Part shown: positions 9,982 to 22,536 of the stretch, one piece after another
Position numbering within the stretch: position 1 is the first letter of the stretch
Layout of the letters: the number at the start of each line of letters is the position of its first letter
NCBI GenBank assembly: GCA_963663965.2
Contig: CAXXFK010000010.1
Span: 96,001-160,000 of the forward strand
DNA length: 64,000 bases
Origin: Sedimentisphaerales bacterium
Lineage (GTDB): Bacteria > Planctomycetota > Phycisphaerae > Sedimentisphaerales > SM23-30
Direction: 5' to 3'
Program-made: the position numbers and the translations under genes
The notes under the pieces: generated by a model
What the model saw: only the letters and a program-made list of their open reading frames with translations
The model's database searches: none
Told to the model about the DNA's origin: nothing

Positions 9982-10740
9982 TTAACGTCCTTCCATCAGA
10001 CGTTTGCCTTCAAAATCATCGAGGGCCGGATTGGCCAGAATTTTGGCGGCAGTTTTTTCAATATTGTATTCGATTCGCACAAAATGAACCGTATTATCAT
10101 CGACAATCACAAAGCTGGTGCGGGTATCCTGGTCGCGCGGCTGGCCGACACTGCCCACATTGATGATCGCTTTTTCATGTTCGACAATGGGGTATTTATA
10201 CTCCAGTTCATCCGCCCCATAAAAATCGGGATCTTCCAGGAACACACCGGGCACATGGGTGTGACCCACAAAGCAAATGTGTTCAATGCGGTCAAAAATT
10301 GAAACCAGCTTGGAATTATTGGTATAGATATCATCCGGAAAGATATATTCATTGACCGGCCGGCGGGGTGAGCCATGCACCATCAGGATATTGCCCATTT
10401 GCAACCGGACGGGCAGGCGGCCCAGAAATGACCAGCGTCGATTCCGCTTTTCCAGATCGGGCTCTTCCTCCAGACACTGACGCGTCCAGTAGCTGGCCCG
10501 TTCGGCCCCGGTATTGAAATTGGTCGGTTCATAAAATACCGCATGGTCATGGTTGCCCATGATGCTGACCACCTGACGATCGATAATGATATCCAGACAT
10601 TCCTTGGGCTCCGGGCCATAGCCCACGATATCGCCCAGGCAGAATATTTCCTTGATACCGCGCCGGTCGATCTCTTCCATGACCGCCAGCAACGCTTCCT
10701 GATTCGAATGGATATCGGAGATAACTGCAAACTTTGCCAT
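9982..10740 (-). CDS. Calcineurin-like metallophosphoesterase (YfcE/PPP-like)
   Basis: SDIHSN, LGDIVGYG, GNHD, VHGSP, GHTH, NVGSVGQPRD motifs. Confidence 0.92.
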   Translation of the reverse strand: MAKFAVISDIHSNQEALLAVMEEIDRRGIKEIFCLGDIVGYGPEPKECLDIIIDRQVVSIMGNHDHAVFYEPTNFNTGAERASYWTRQCLEEEPDLEKRNRRWSFLGRLPVRLQMGNILMVHGSPRRPVNEYIFPDDIYTNNSKLVSIFDRIEHICFVGHTHVPGVFLEDPDFYGADELEYKYPIVEHEKAIINVGSVGQPRDQDTRTSFVIVDDNTVHFVRIEYNIEKTAAKILANPALDDFEGKRLMEGR

Positions 10741-11080
10741 TATAAAACTCAATATACGATGTCTAGCTTATGATTGATACAAATTTATAAAGATAAGTAT
10801 TATAACATCTTGACGCAATATACTCAACCGGATAACAGCGAATTCTGTCTTTTTACGAATATAATTCACCCATGATGACCAAAAATCGCATAAGATATTA
10901 TTTTACATAAAGTTAAAACGACAGTATTCAACGACTGGACCCAAAGTGATGGTAATCATAAAAATCAAGGGATCTAAACTGAATCTACTTATCAATCAGC
11001 CATTAAAGTCTGGTCATGCCAGAAATTGGTTTAACCCATCCCAACTGCATGGGCGGCCCTCGGATTAAGTCATGCTTTCA

Positions 11081-12194
11081 TCATTTCTCTTCCAGCAGTT
11101 CCCCCATCCACTTCCGCACCATCTTTTCTGTCGGAGCCCCTTTCCAGTTCAGTTCGCCATACCACCAGTAGCGGATAAATCCTTTCTTATCAATCAGATA
11201 AATGCTGGGCCAGATACTATTGGCCCAGGTATTCCAGTTTTTGCTTTCCAGATCGACGGCGATGGGATAAACCATTTTCGCTTCGCCGGCCTTCTTTTTG
11301 ACTGTCTCCAGATCTTTTTCATTCTCGGTTTCCGGCCGGTGGATCCCGACAATCTGAAAGCGGTCGGCCGGGAATTCCTGCCGCCAGGTATTATAGAAAG
11401 GCAGATTATGAATACAATTAATACAGCTAAAGGCGTAAAAATGAATAACCGTAACCTTCCCTTTCAACGATGGGATGGGTTGATCATTTAAATTCAGCCA
11501 GGCTTCCACTGGCTGAAACGCCGGCGCCTTACAGGCCAGATATCGCACGGAACTGGCATCAAACGGCGCTCCCAGCAAGGTCATCAGATTCATTCGCTGC
11601 TCAGTCGTCAGGACTTCAAGGATTCTTGTCCGGTTTTTTTCAAAAAGGGGTTTTGTCACATCCATCGGATCGGATTCTTTTGTTTCCAGGCTCTCTTTTT
11701 GCGCCTGCTGGATGTCATCCTTGAGCCCCTGTATTATGTCGTTGATACTCTTTTTCTGTTCAGTTTTCAGCTTCAGCCTATGGACCAGTTCCGGCTCTTC
11801 AAAAGCATACACTTCCAGCGCCTGCCAGGTCAACTGCATCAATCTCTCCACCTGCTCGGAACTCAGAATCCCGCCAAGGTCTTTAAAAAGCTGGTTCAGA
11901 AAGTACATGGCGGCGGGATTGCGCTTTTCCGCCGGAATATCCCGCAATTTGAAACAAAGGCAGTTCCACCTTATTAAGGGCAACGGCAACCGCGTTTTTT
12001 TGCAGCAGATTCAGTTCCAATTCCTGATGGACAGAAGCATTCCTCAGCAAAACCGTCAATGGATATGGAATGGGAATGGTTTGAGTAATCGGCGAATTGG
12101 GGTCTTCACCATAAACGACCGGTGTCAGGAAAGCCAGGATTAACAACACAGTAATCCAGAAGGCCAAATTACTTTTGGTATTGATTAACACCAT
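11081..12194 (-). pseudogene. Exported redoxin (TlpA/DipZ-like thioredoxin domain) protein, split by one frameshift near 11990
   Basis: ORF 11883-12194 has the signal peptide; ORF 11081-11989 has HFYAFSCINC and WPSIYLIDKKG; may be a sequencing error. Confidence 0.75.
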
Positions 12195-12233
12195 AACACT
12201 ACCCTTACAAAACGGAGTTTGGCAAGTTTCTTA

Positions 12234-13186
12234 TTAGATTTCCGGCCGGGTTGCCATATAAGCGGAATACAATTGACTGGCCAGATCATGAATATAGCTC
12301 CTCCCTTTCTCTCCATCTTCCAGCATCTCGAGCAAATGAGCAGGCACACATTGAATCCCGCCCCAGGCGCCACATAACGCCCCGGTCATAGCCGCCAGGG
12401 TATCGGTGTCATCCCCCAGCGCTATCACCCGCCCAACCGCCGCCGGGTAATCGTCAGGGGATAAAGCGAAACTGGTGATCGCTGTCACGACAGAGCGATG
12501 AGCCTCCAGCGAACAGCCAAGGGTGGACAAATCGTCACCCAATGACAGTTGCGAGGCAATCGACAGGTGCCATTGATATTCCTCTTCCCGGGCAATGGCT
12601 TTCAATTGATCGAAAAATTCATCCTGTTCGAACTCCTGGTGAGTCAGACAGTATCCAACGAAGCCGCCAGTAGAATGGCCCCTTCAATGCCCCAGGGATG
12701 GACATGGGTTGGAATAGCGCTCAAGCGGGCCTGCTCAAGCAATAACTCCGGTTGGTGATGAAAGAATAAACCAACCGGCGCAACCCGCATGGCCGCTCCA
12801 TTACCATAAGAGCCATCCGGAAAAACACTTCGGGACAGGTGTTTATAATCCTCCCAGCTACCCTGTTGACGAAATGCTTCTAATACGGCCGAATCCTTGC
12901 CCATATCCTCGTTCAGGATGATAATTAAGGCCGAACCGGTGACATAGAACCGATAAATCTATCTTACCGCATGCGACCAGCGTTTCCACAATTCCCAGCA
13001 TCATTTCAGTATCATCCGTATAAAACAGGCCATCCACGGGAGGCAACGCAATCATCTCAGCCATCCGGCCAAAAAACGAATAAATCGTAACCGCGTCCAA
13101 ACCTTCAAATGGAGCGCCCAGCGCATCTCCAACGGCCAGCCCCCAAGCAGGCAGCCTCTAAAATTTTCCAACAGGGAATCAGACAT
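12234..13186 (-). pseudogene. ADP-ribosylglycohydrolase (DraG/ARH family), several frameshifts
   Basis: Fragments FRGCLLG, YTDDTEM, SYGNGAAMRVAP, PTH, GDDTDTLAAMTGALCGA in successive frames. Confidence 0.85.
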
Positions 13187-13512
13187 AGTTTCTCCTGCGT
13201 AAAAGATAGAATCCGGTTGGTAAACGCATACTTCACCTCGGCATGGGCAGTCCATTCCTTGATATATTGAGTATATCCCCAATAGTGCATTTTTGACCAT
13301 GCTATTTTTATTTTTTAAATATTTCACCTCATTCGGAGTGATCGTTTCTATGTTGATTCTGTCCATATCCCCATTTATCTGTGTAAAAAAATCATTAAAC
13401 GAGACATTCTCTCCTACCGATCCAGAGATCGCAAAAAAAGAGTTGCTTATCGAAATACTTTGAGATTAAATAATAATATGAAACACGCATCAGTTTCTAA
13501 AAGGAGATGGCA

Positions 13513-16204
13513 ATGAAATCTATGTTGAAATGTCACATTTGGATATTGGGTTTATTGGGTATTAACTCAATCGATTCTGGCCGAATCGATTCGTATTACC
13601 GCAACCGGTGGAACGCTTCCCTATAATTATACCTTGCAGGAATTTTCTCCCCTGATTGAGTTTTCATATGACGGCCTGCAAGCCCAAAAAGAATATGTAT
13701 TGAAAGTCTGGCTTTTATACCGAAAATCCGGGGCATGGTTGTGCGCGTCGGGCCAATGGTGTGAATCAACTTATACGATCAGTAACCTGGATGGAGACAA
13801 CGCGTCGGGAACCCTGCAAGTTGTCAAGGACTTCGATGTCTATCAATACGTGCCGCTGGCCTGGATTGCCCGGCTTTATTATAACGGGACTCAAGTGTCC
13901 TGGGATAAGATTTGAATTCTCAAGCCTCAAGCAACCGTCCTCCCGTTTTAATCAATATTCCCACAGTTCGCACCCATGTGGGGGGCGCGGTCTATTTTCA
14001 GGCTGAAGCGATTGATCCCGAGGGCGATCCCATTACGTTCAGCGCCTCGAACCTGCCGGAGGGAGCCACTCTCAGTTCAGACGGCATCTTTGCCTGGATT
14101 CCGGAAGGTGAAGGCAGTTATACCGTGATTATTCATGCCGGCGATGGAACCACTTATGACTCTCAGAACGTATACATCAATGTGGGACTCTACCCAGACC
14201 TTCAATTTGAAAATCTCATCATTCCACCCTGTGGATCCCGTGACAATATTACCGGCACCGTAACCGGCTACGACGACCTGACCGATTTCAGGGTATTCTG
14301 TTATATCTATATTTCCGGGTATGGCTGGGGTAACCCCGACCGGACAGCGCCCTCTCGAAGATACCGATCCAGACCGATGGCGCCTTTGAAATCGATACTA
14401 CCGTTACGGATCTGGATTTACTCGCTACCATCATGTATCTGGGCATCTGCCATAAAGATGTTGACATCCCAGTGCTGCAAAACGGTGGCAGTATTCCTGA
14501 TATCAATGAGATCTATTCCGAAAAAACGATACCGTGATCCCACTGAAGGGCATAACACTCTTTCCTGGTCAGGCCCATTTATGGTGGCTCAAAAACAGCC
14601 TGGGATATTCCCTTGGGCCGGGCGCCAATGTCTTTTCCGATTCGGACGAAAACGTGTTTGTTGATGAGGATGGCAGGCTTCACCTGAAAATCATCAACCA
14701 GGGAGGAACATGGACCTGTCCCGAGTTGATCAGTGCCGAGTCCTTCGGCTATGGTGCCTACAATTTTATTTTAGCCGAAAATCCAGCCCTGGCGGACAAT
14801 GTCACCTTTGGCGCTTTTACCTGGGAAGATGATACGTCAAGTTCGAATTCCAGGGAAATCGATCTGGAACTCTCCCGATGGAACGATCCAGACTCCGGTT
14901 TTGGACAATTTGTTGTCCAGCCATGGAACAACGAAGGGAATCTGTATCGATTTGATGTCCCGGATGCAGCGTATCCTTATCTTTACAGTTTTAACTGGCA
15001 GGATGACTATGTCGGGCTTCATGGGACTGGTGTCCTCCCAGCCAGTGGCCCACCGATGAGGATCTATTTGTCAATTGGATCTATGAAGGGAGTGATGTCC
15101 CGGCCAGCGGTAATGAAAATGTGCGATTGAACCTTTGGATCAACAATGGGAACGCGCCGGATAATGGTCTGGCTCAGGAAGTCATCCTGCAAAGTTTCAG
15201 TCACTATGAACTGAGCGATTATAAAACCCTGAATTTAAGAGTCTCGGGCGAAGGCACAATTGCAGCCACCTCCATGGAATGCATTAATGGACAATGTCCC
15301 ATCGGCGAAGTCGTCCATCTGACGGCAAACGCCCGGAGATGGCAACCTGCTGAGAAGGTGGGTCCGGTACGGATGATGACACCTTACAGTCATTGACAAA
15401 CAGCGTTACCATTGAATCCTACAATACGGTTTATGCCTATTTCGACGACTATGAACCCATGGTCCATCGATCACGTCAAAGTCAAAGCCTCGGTAAACCG
15501 CGACAATCCCAAAGACAGCATCTTATATTGCCGGGGAAAATTCCTGGAATCTATTCGTTCGATATCGATGATAATATTTTGAATATCAACGTTGCGGGGC
15601 ATTATCAAATCATTCGAAGTGCCTGCTATGAGTTATTATGACCGAAAGTATAAATATAACCGTGGTGGCGTTTATTTTTATGTGGATTTCGAAAAAGACA
15701 CTTTTAAGATCAAACTCAGCAATGTCGATTTATCCGGTCTCAAACTTCCCTTCAATGTGAATCTGACTTCCAGTTATTATCTGGTAAGCGGCGAGGTGGA
15801 TGAAACCGCCTGCAGTTTACCGCTGCGCGTCCTGAACGGCATTGAAGACTGCATGCCTGCCTCGAAAGTAGTCAACAAGCTATAACAAAAAGCAGGATTT
15901 ATACCGCGTTCTTCTGAAATGCGATATTTCGAGAAAAGCCATTTACCCGGACTTTTCCAATCTGGCCGTCTCCTTTGACGACTACCATGAAGAGATCAAT
16001 TGCTCAGCCAACGCTCAAGGCACCAACTGGAATTATAAACGGGCCAAAGAGGCCTCTTCGCCCATCTACTATTTTAAAGCCAACCTGAAAAGCGATTATG
16101 TTTATTTCATCCTGGAGGTTCCTTCTCTCGACAATCTGTCGAATCTGACGTTGAAATCATCTGACTTCGAAGCCTCATGCAGTTTGGAAAGCCTGATCAA
16201 CTGA
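13513..16204 (+). pseudogene. Large secreted multidomain protein (Ig/cadherin-like repeat plus GH16-like domain), many frameshifts
   Basis: AAGGAG RBS and signal-like start; NRPPVL..DPEGDPITFSASNLPEGA Ig repeat; GRLHLKI..FGYG..REIDLELSRW (ExDxE). Confidence 0.65.
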
Positions 16205-16269
16205 ACATCTTATTTGTCCGGCCAATACAGGTTTAAAACAAACTGAGAATCTTCTAGCTGGCAGATTTA

Positions 16270-17335
16270 TCAGTAATCCAGAATCAGGACGACTTCTTCA
16301 ACCCGTCCACTTTCCAGACTACGCGCCACCGCCTCGGTAAAACGCCATATACTTCACGCCATCGGCAAAGGTGGTATGGGTAATCTTCTCGGTACCGCGG
16401 ATGGCATTGACGAACTCTGCTTCAACGCGCCAATCCCCCCTTTTCTTCCGGCGGTATCACTATTTCAGCAAATTCTTGATCCCCTCGCCGCAAGCCATAA
16501 AGCGTCCCATCTCTGAATCGTAATGTCCCTTCACTGCCATAAAGCAGCACTTCATTGGCCGCCACTCCCCCGGTTACTTGCGACAGTACAAACAGCCCCT
16601 GGGCGCCACAGGCCATATGTGCCGTAACGACCAAATGATTCCGGAATGGTCACGGCTTTGCGCTGCCCCGTATCCGGATCAAATCGCGATTTGACAAACA
16701 CCACTCCCCCTGTGCCCTCACGGTTATCGCCTCCCCGATCCATCGCATCAGCGCCTCATACCAGATCCCCAGGCTCATGACATTCAGCCCGCTCAGATCA
16801 CGGTCCAGCCGCCACTGCATGGGGCCATCTTCATCAATAAATAATCCGCTGCTCGCCCGTACTTCAACGGCCAGAATTTTCCCAAGATATCCCTCAGCCA
16901 CCAGCCGTTTGATGGCCTGATCTACCGGCAGGGTAAATGGTGAGGGCACCACCTGCGCCACCAGATCAGGCCGGGTCCAGCGATGCCGAAAGCAATGGTT
17001 CTCGCCTCCCCGGCATTCATGGCCATTCGCGCTTCACACAACACATGCTTCCCGGCCGCCAGTGCCGCCAGCGTCACCGGACAATGCAGATACGGCCAGG
17101 TCCCAATCACAATCGCGTCGCTGTCCGGAGCGGCAACCAGTTCCTGCCACGATTCGTAGATCGTCGGTATCCCGAATTCATCGGCCACCCGCCGGGGACG
17201 ATTCCCGGCTCCGATTCGCCACACTGACAATATCCACCCCCCTCTATCGCCCGTAATCCCGGTATATGCCTGAGCCGGGTATTGGCTCCAGCACCTACAA
17301 TACCGATTCGAACTGTCTTATCCTGTCCTATTCAT
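16270..17335 (-). pseudogene. Gfo/Idh/MocA family oxidoreductase, several frameshifts
   Basis: [35 protein letters not shown] fragments across frames. Confidence 0.82.
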
Positions 17336-17381
17336 AACAACCTGCTTATTAATGCTATAATCAACTCAAAACCCGCCAGAA

Positions 17382-19609
17382 TTAACTCGTAAGAGACTCA
17401 ATCATCTCCTTGCGATTCATTTCATCGATACGGCTCCAGTAAACTCTGCCAGTTTACTAATCCCCCGTTGGTCACCGACAACTTGTTCCATCAGCGATTT
17501 CCAGTCATCGCGCCGGGCTCCTTTCAAAAACCAGTACCCGCATGCCATTTTCCACCCGCCTGTTCCTGATCAACCTCTCAATTGCGCTTCTTTCATCGCT
17601 TTCGTAATAGTTTTCTCCAAATTTTTTCAGCCGCCCGCTTGACCACAGCGCCAATCTTTGCCGGCAACTTCATCGAACACCCGCCGCTCCATAACCGAAT
17701 CGCTGGGCAACACCAATGGATCGTTGGGCACCTGATGATAGCTGTCTCCGGTACAATATTCATCCTCCGGCCCGGTCATGGCCGCGCCAGCAGGTCCTGC
17801 GCCAGAATAGCCCCGGTTCGGGCATCGGCAATCGTGATCGTCACACTCAGTTCCGCTTCTTTAACCTCCTGATAAATCGGGTAGCGCCAGACCTGAATCT
17901 CATCTTCTTCCCGCCAGCGCGGCATCCGGGCGTAATCAAACCGAGCCTGTTCATAGTCCCGCCGCCGGTAGTTCATGGCATCTTCCAGATCCTCCACCCG
18001 GCTTTCCTTTACATAACCATATTTTTTGACATAAGCCTTCTTTTCTTCTTCGGTCATTTGTTCAAATTCCCGCCGCTCCCAGCGCCGTTTATCCGCCGCC
18101 CGCCGATACCGGTCCCGCGCTTCATAATATTCCAGCATATGAAGTTTGCATCGCCCGTTCCGCCCGGTCATAATCCTCATTATAGACCCGTTTCGTTCCT
18201 GCTTTAAAACGGGTTTCGCCGTAACGCTCCGATAGCCGGCTGTTAATATCAAAATCCGTTACGCGCCACTGAACGAGTACTTCAAACCGGCTCCTGGTGA
18301 TCCGCTGTCAAACCGCACGACGCCCCACGTCCCCACCGCGCGGCCAGGATCCGTTAAAATTTGCCACAATCACCTCTTCTACCTGTTGCGCCATGGCATT
18401 GCCAAACGCCGCCCGCTCGACTCCCACCCGGAATCCCACCTCATTTTTAATATGGTCGGCACAATCCATCACCCGGCCCCGGGCCACATCATCCGCCCGA
18501 TAGCCCAGCGCCAGCACACCATATAGATAACCGTTACCCCATAGTTCCCGGCCGATAAACTGTTCGGCACGGGCCATATTCTGTTCATATAAGGCCTCTC
18601 GAACTGCCTTTTCCAACTCATCTATGCCAGCGTAATCCGCGCGCACCGAGCGACACCGGGCGATCTGCTCCATGGCCTCCACATACTGCCTACCTTCATA
18701 AAATTCTTGGGTCTTATTTTTATATTGTTCGCACAAGGCATCCTGACTCCGCGCGATAGCCGCCTGAAGCCCCTTGCGTTCCGGATATAAGGTTTGCGCT
18801 TGCCGATAACGTTCCAGCGCCAGTTGGAAATTACCACCGACAAAAGAGTTTTCCGCCTCTGTGCACAGATGATCCGCCTGGTTGCGATCTTCGATCGCTT
18901 TCGTAATCTGTTCGCGTTTTATACTATCGCTCAAAAAAGTTTCGGCCTTTGCCAGTTTCGCCATTGCTCCAGAACGATCATCCTGTTCCAGCGCCGTTAC
19001 GGCCATCTGATAATACCAGTCATACCCCCCCTGTTTCGCCTGCTGTAAGGCCCCTTCACCGCCCGTAAACGAACGATTCACTTCCAGGGCCTCTTTAATC
19101 CGTACTACCGCCGCCTCCCATTCATTGCGGCTGCCCAACTCTTTGCCTTCCAATACCAGGCCTTCAGCATGCACCATTTTATCTTCAACCCGTTTAAGTA
19201 ATGTCTGTGCCGGCTGGTACGCTGGATACCAACCCAGCGAGTCCACGGCAAAACACCAGGCCTGTTCCAGTTCCGCGTCCCGTTCATAACGTGACGCCGC
19301 TTCATAATCCTCTTTCGCCGCGCACACCCGGGCCAGATTCAAGGCCTTGACCGCCATCACCAGTTTACGCTTTTTCGAAACGATCTCTCCCTGACGTTCC
19401 GCTTCAGCCAGTTCCAGCGCCGACCGCGTCTCCCGTGATGGCGCCATTCGCTCAACTGCCGCTTTTAAACTGCCGACCGCCTGTTCACAACGCCCCTGTT
19501 CCAGCAATGCCATCCCGGTTTTCCATTCGGACCGTCCGGCACAACCCTCACACCCAAACAAAAAGGCGATAAGTACTGTTATTGCAAGACTTGTCAGCAA
19601 TTTCATCAC
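17382..19609 (-). pseudogene. TPR-repeat lipoprotein; 3' part frameshifted (intact ORF 18308-19609)
   Basis: Lipobox LFGC, helical TPR-like repeats; coding-like fragments continue through 17776-18252 to a TAA at ~17382. Confidence 0.6.
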
Positions 19610-19797
19610 ATACCTCCATCAAAATGGCCTCCAAGTACCGCCGAAATCTTTTTTTATCTGTACCATGCGGATCTGGATTGCCTTTGTCATGCATGACGTT
19701 TACAATCTAACTTATCTTACAACCTCTTATGCTTTTTTACAATTATTTTTCACTCCATCTTATATTAAAAAAACCTTCGACCATCCCTTCAGCCCCA

Positions 19798-22416
19798 TCA
19801 TGGTTTAATAAAGCGCCACCGCACATTGCCATCGGTCCATTGACTCTCCACCAATCCGGCCACATCCCAGTCGTTGCGATAATGCAGCCTGCGCCCTGTT
19901 GCCTTATGATCGATAAAATACCAGCCGTATTGGTCAGGTACCAGATGCCAGCGGACAGAATCGTTATCCACCGACGCAGACACCATTTTCAACAGATCGT
20001 CACCGTCATTACTCAACCGATTGCCGCTGTCAACGTTTTCAATAAAATACCAGCCATCGCCGGCATCGGCCAGTCGCCACTGCACCTTACCGCCGGTATT
20101 GCTGATGTCCCCCATCGCTACCGACAGGCCATCCGGTGAACGCAAATCTTTATGGCTGCTGGCGTGATGCAGATAATATGGCTGCCCGATATCAGGGCCG
20201 TCGATGTCCCCATCCCAGGACGCATACAGACGTCCGGCAGGAGTAAGCGTGGCCTTATCCTCTTCAAACAAAGCCGACGGACCCAGTGGATAGCTGTCCG
20301 GCAACGCGCAGAACCAGGAATAGCGTTTGACATAATCTGTCTCTTCCAGCCGCCAGAGCACCTCCGCCAGGAAGGTATATACCTGGGCCCGGCTGTATTT
20401 GTTGGCCTTACTCGCGCTGGCGCTCCAGTCGGCCGATGCGAATTCCGTAATCCACAGAGGACGATGATACAGATTATATACGCTTTGCAGGTGACTCATC
20501 AAACTGTCCGGGCTGATCCCGCCATACCAGTGTACTGCCACATAATCCACCCGATAACCCAATGCATCCGCCCGTGTCATAAAATCTTTCATCCAGGCGT
20601 TATCCGCGTGCACACAACCCGGACTCACCATGGGCAGCCCCGGTTCTTCCAGACGCGGCCATAATTCCAGCGCCAGATCGACTGTCATATTCGACTGATC
20701 GGCATTGTCCGGCTCGTTAAAACCCATCACATAGTTAGCCATCCCGCGGCCTTTCATGGCCTGCAGGTCCACAACCGTCTGATCCATACTGCCCCACTTA
20801 CCCCATTTCATCGGACAAAACTGGATATCGTCAGGCGCGCTCGCAATGTTCAGCCCCCAGGTATAAACCCACTGGGCATTCAGTTGTTTCAATGCGTTCT
20901 GCCAATCGTTCCATTTACTGGGTACCAGGTCAAAGCCTTTTTTGGGCGTCACCTTCGGATAAACCTTGTCTGCCAGTTGCGCCACTTTGTCTGCCGGCAG
21001 TTCGGTTTCATATATCCGGATATCGTCGAACCAGCCTGGCAGAAACTGACCGCTATACCGATTTAACGAGCCCACCAACAGAGATTCCGGATCGCCTTTG
21101 CTGCCTGTGGGCCCCACCATTTCAGCCTCCAGCATCCCATCAACATACAACATCATTTGCCCGGTATCCGCCTGCCGCGTGGCCGCGATATGATGCCAGT
21201 ATCCATCATTGACCTCGCTTTGCGATACCACCGTCACGTCACCGCCCGCATCGCCCACGCCAAAGGCCGCTTTATTACCCACCAGCGCCACCCCAAAATC
21301 GTTCTCACCGCCCAAGACTTCACCATCCACCATTCCTTTGCCGCCCCACCACTGCGCATGATCCGGCGCCGTTGCCGTCGTTCTCAGCCAGAATGAAATA
21401 CTGAAATCGTCATGCGCCATACATGGGATCTGCACATATTCTCCCTGCCCATCCGTCTCGGTTTGAGCGTCCAGTCCCAGAACATAACCCTCTCCAACCG
21501 GCACCCAGTCTGCCGATTCCGTGCCATGCAGCTCACCAGGATGTCGCTTAAGCCAGTCTGTCGCCGTCCAGCCAGAGCCATCATTCAGGGGCCACCAACC
21601 CATCAGGCCCGGTTCCATATTCTTCAGCCAGAAACCCAGCCAATACACCAGGTCCGTCATGCCTACCTGCCCGCTCCGATCCAGATCGGTTCCGTCGCAA
21701 TGATCCCCAAATGCACACGCCTTCAGCCACTGACTGGCAATCATGTCCAGATCGTCCAGATCGACAAAAACATCGTGATTGACATCGGCGCTCAACGGCG
21801 TAATATCGTGCAGCGCGTACGCCAGATTATAATGAGCGCCCTGCCCAACACCGGCGTTGGTTTTAATATCGCGACTGTCACTGTCGGCAATCCAGGTATA
21901 AGTCGCCAGTCGGGGTCGATAATCGCCCAGGCCCACATACCGATAGTCACTCCATCCGTTACCATACAGATTCGCGCCACCGCCTCCTTTGCCCAGCAGC
22001 AACTGAAACCGGTAAGTGTAACCTACCGTCAGGTTCCTCATTTTAAAAGTCATTACCGACGGTCCGCCCTGGGCGTTTTCCTGAACTTTCCCGCCGGTAT
22101 TCAACAAATTGGACACCGCCGCGTCAGCCCCGGCATAATACCGGTCCGGCCAGCTGTCCGATGTCGCACTGGCATTGGCGATATTGGAATAATCCGTATC
22201 GTACAATATCCCGCCAATGGATTGACTGGCCGCCCCTTGTCCCAGGTTGCTTGCCTTCACCCATTCGCCACTACTCGCAACCTGGGTTGGATCTTCGCAT
22301 ATCGACACTTGCCACCCGGCCCATACCGGCCATACCAACCACAATAAAACAATACCATTCCAACCGATTCTCTTGCCGCTCACTTTATTCATAAGATTCG
22401 TTTCCATCTTGCCCAA
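19798..22416 (-). CDS. Secreted modular glycoside hydrolase: dockerin-like, LamG, GH128-like (beta-1,3-glucanase) and ricin-type domains
   Basis: GFNEPD, VAVHWY, PLWITEFA (GH128 catalytic Glu motifs); DVNHDVFVDLDDL/DLDRSGQVGMTDL Ca-binding repeats. Confidence 0.85.
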   Translation of the reverse strand: MGKMETNLMNKVSGKRIGWNGIVLLWLVWPVWAGWQVSICEDPTQVASSGEWVKASNLGQGAASQSIGGILYDTDYSNIANASATSDSWPDRYYAGADAAVSNLLNTGGKVQENAQGGPSVMTFKMRNLTVGYTYRFQLLLGKGGGGANLYGNGWSDYRYVGLGDYRPRLATYTWIADSDSRDIKTNAGVGQGAHYNLAYALHDITPLSADVNHDVFVDLDDLDMIASQWLKACAFGDHCDGTDLDRSGQVGMTDLVYWLGFWLKNMEPGLMGWWPLNDGSGWTATDWLKRHPGELHGTESADWVPVGEGYVLGLDAQTETDGQGEYVQIPCMAHDDFSISFWLRTTATAPDHAQWWGGKGMVDGEVLGGENDFGVALVGNKAAFGVGDAGGDVTVVSQSEVNDGYWHHIAATRQADTGQMMLYVDGMLEAEMVGPTGSKGDPESLLVGSLNRYSGQFLPGWFDDIRIYETELPADKVAQLADKVYPKVTPKKGFDLVPSKWNDWQNALKQLNAQWVYTWGLNIASAPDDIQFCPMKWGKWGSMDQTVVDLQAMKGRGMANYVMGFNEPDNADQSNMTVDLALELWPRLEEPGLPMVSPGCVHADNAWMKDFMTRADALGYRVDYVAVHWYGGISPDSLMSHLQSVYNLYHRPLWITEFASADWSASASKANKYSRAQVYTFLAEVLWRLEETDYVKRYSWFCALPDSYPLGPSALFEEDKATLTPAGRLYASWDGDIDGPDIGQPYYLHHASSHKDLRSPDGLSVAMGDISNTGGKVQWRLADAGDGWYFIENVDSGNRLSNDGDDLLKMVSASVDNDSVRWHLVPDQYGWYFIDHKATGRRLHYRNDWDVAGLVESQWTDGNVRWRFIKP

Positions 22417-22479
22417 CGGTACTATGATCCGTCACCGCAGGGCCAATTGATTCCAATGATACCCGTTTAATTAAAGAAA

Positions 22480-22511
22480 TCCCGGACGAAGTGTTTCGTC
22501 TCCGTCCGGGA
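22480..22511 (-). terminator. Intergenic hairpin (terminator or mRNA stabiliser)
   Basis: TCCCGGACG...CGTCCGGGA inverted repeat after the 22537 stop. Confidence 0.55.
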
Positions 22512-22536
22512 CAGGACTATGTAATAATCTTAATTC

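Noticed and set aside
11081..18310. Stop-codon recoding or an alternative genetic code to explain the broken genes
   Set aside because: Breaks are frame changes rather than in-frame TGA/TAG, and neighbouring genes use standard stops
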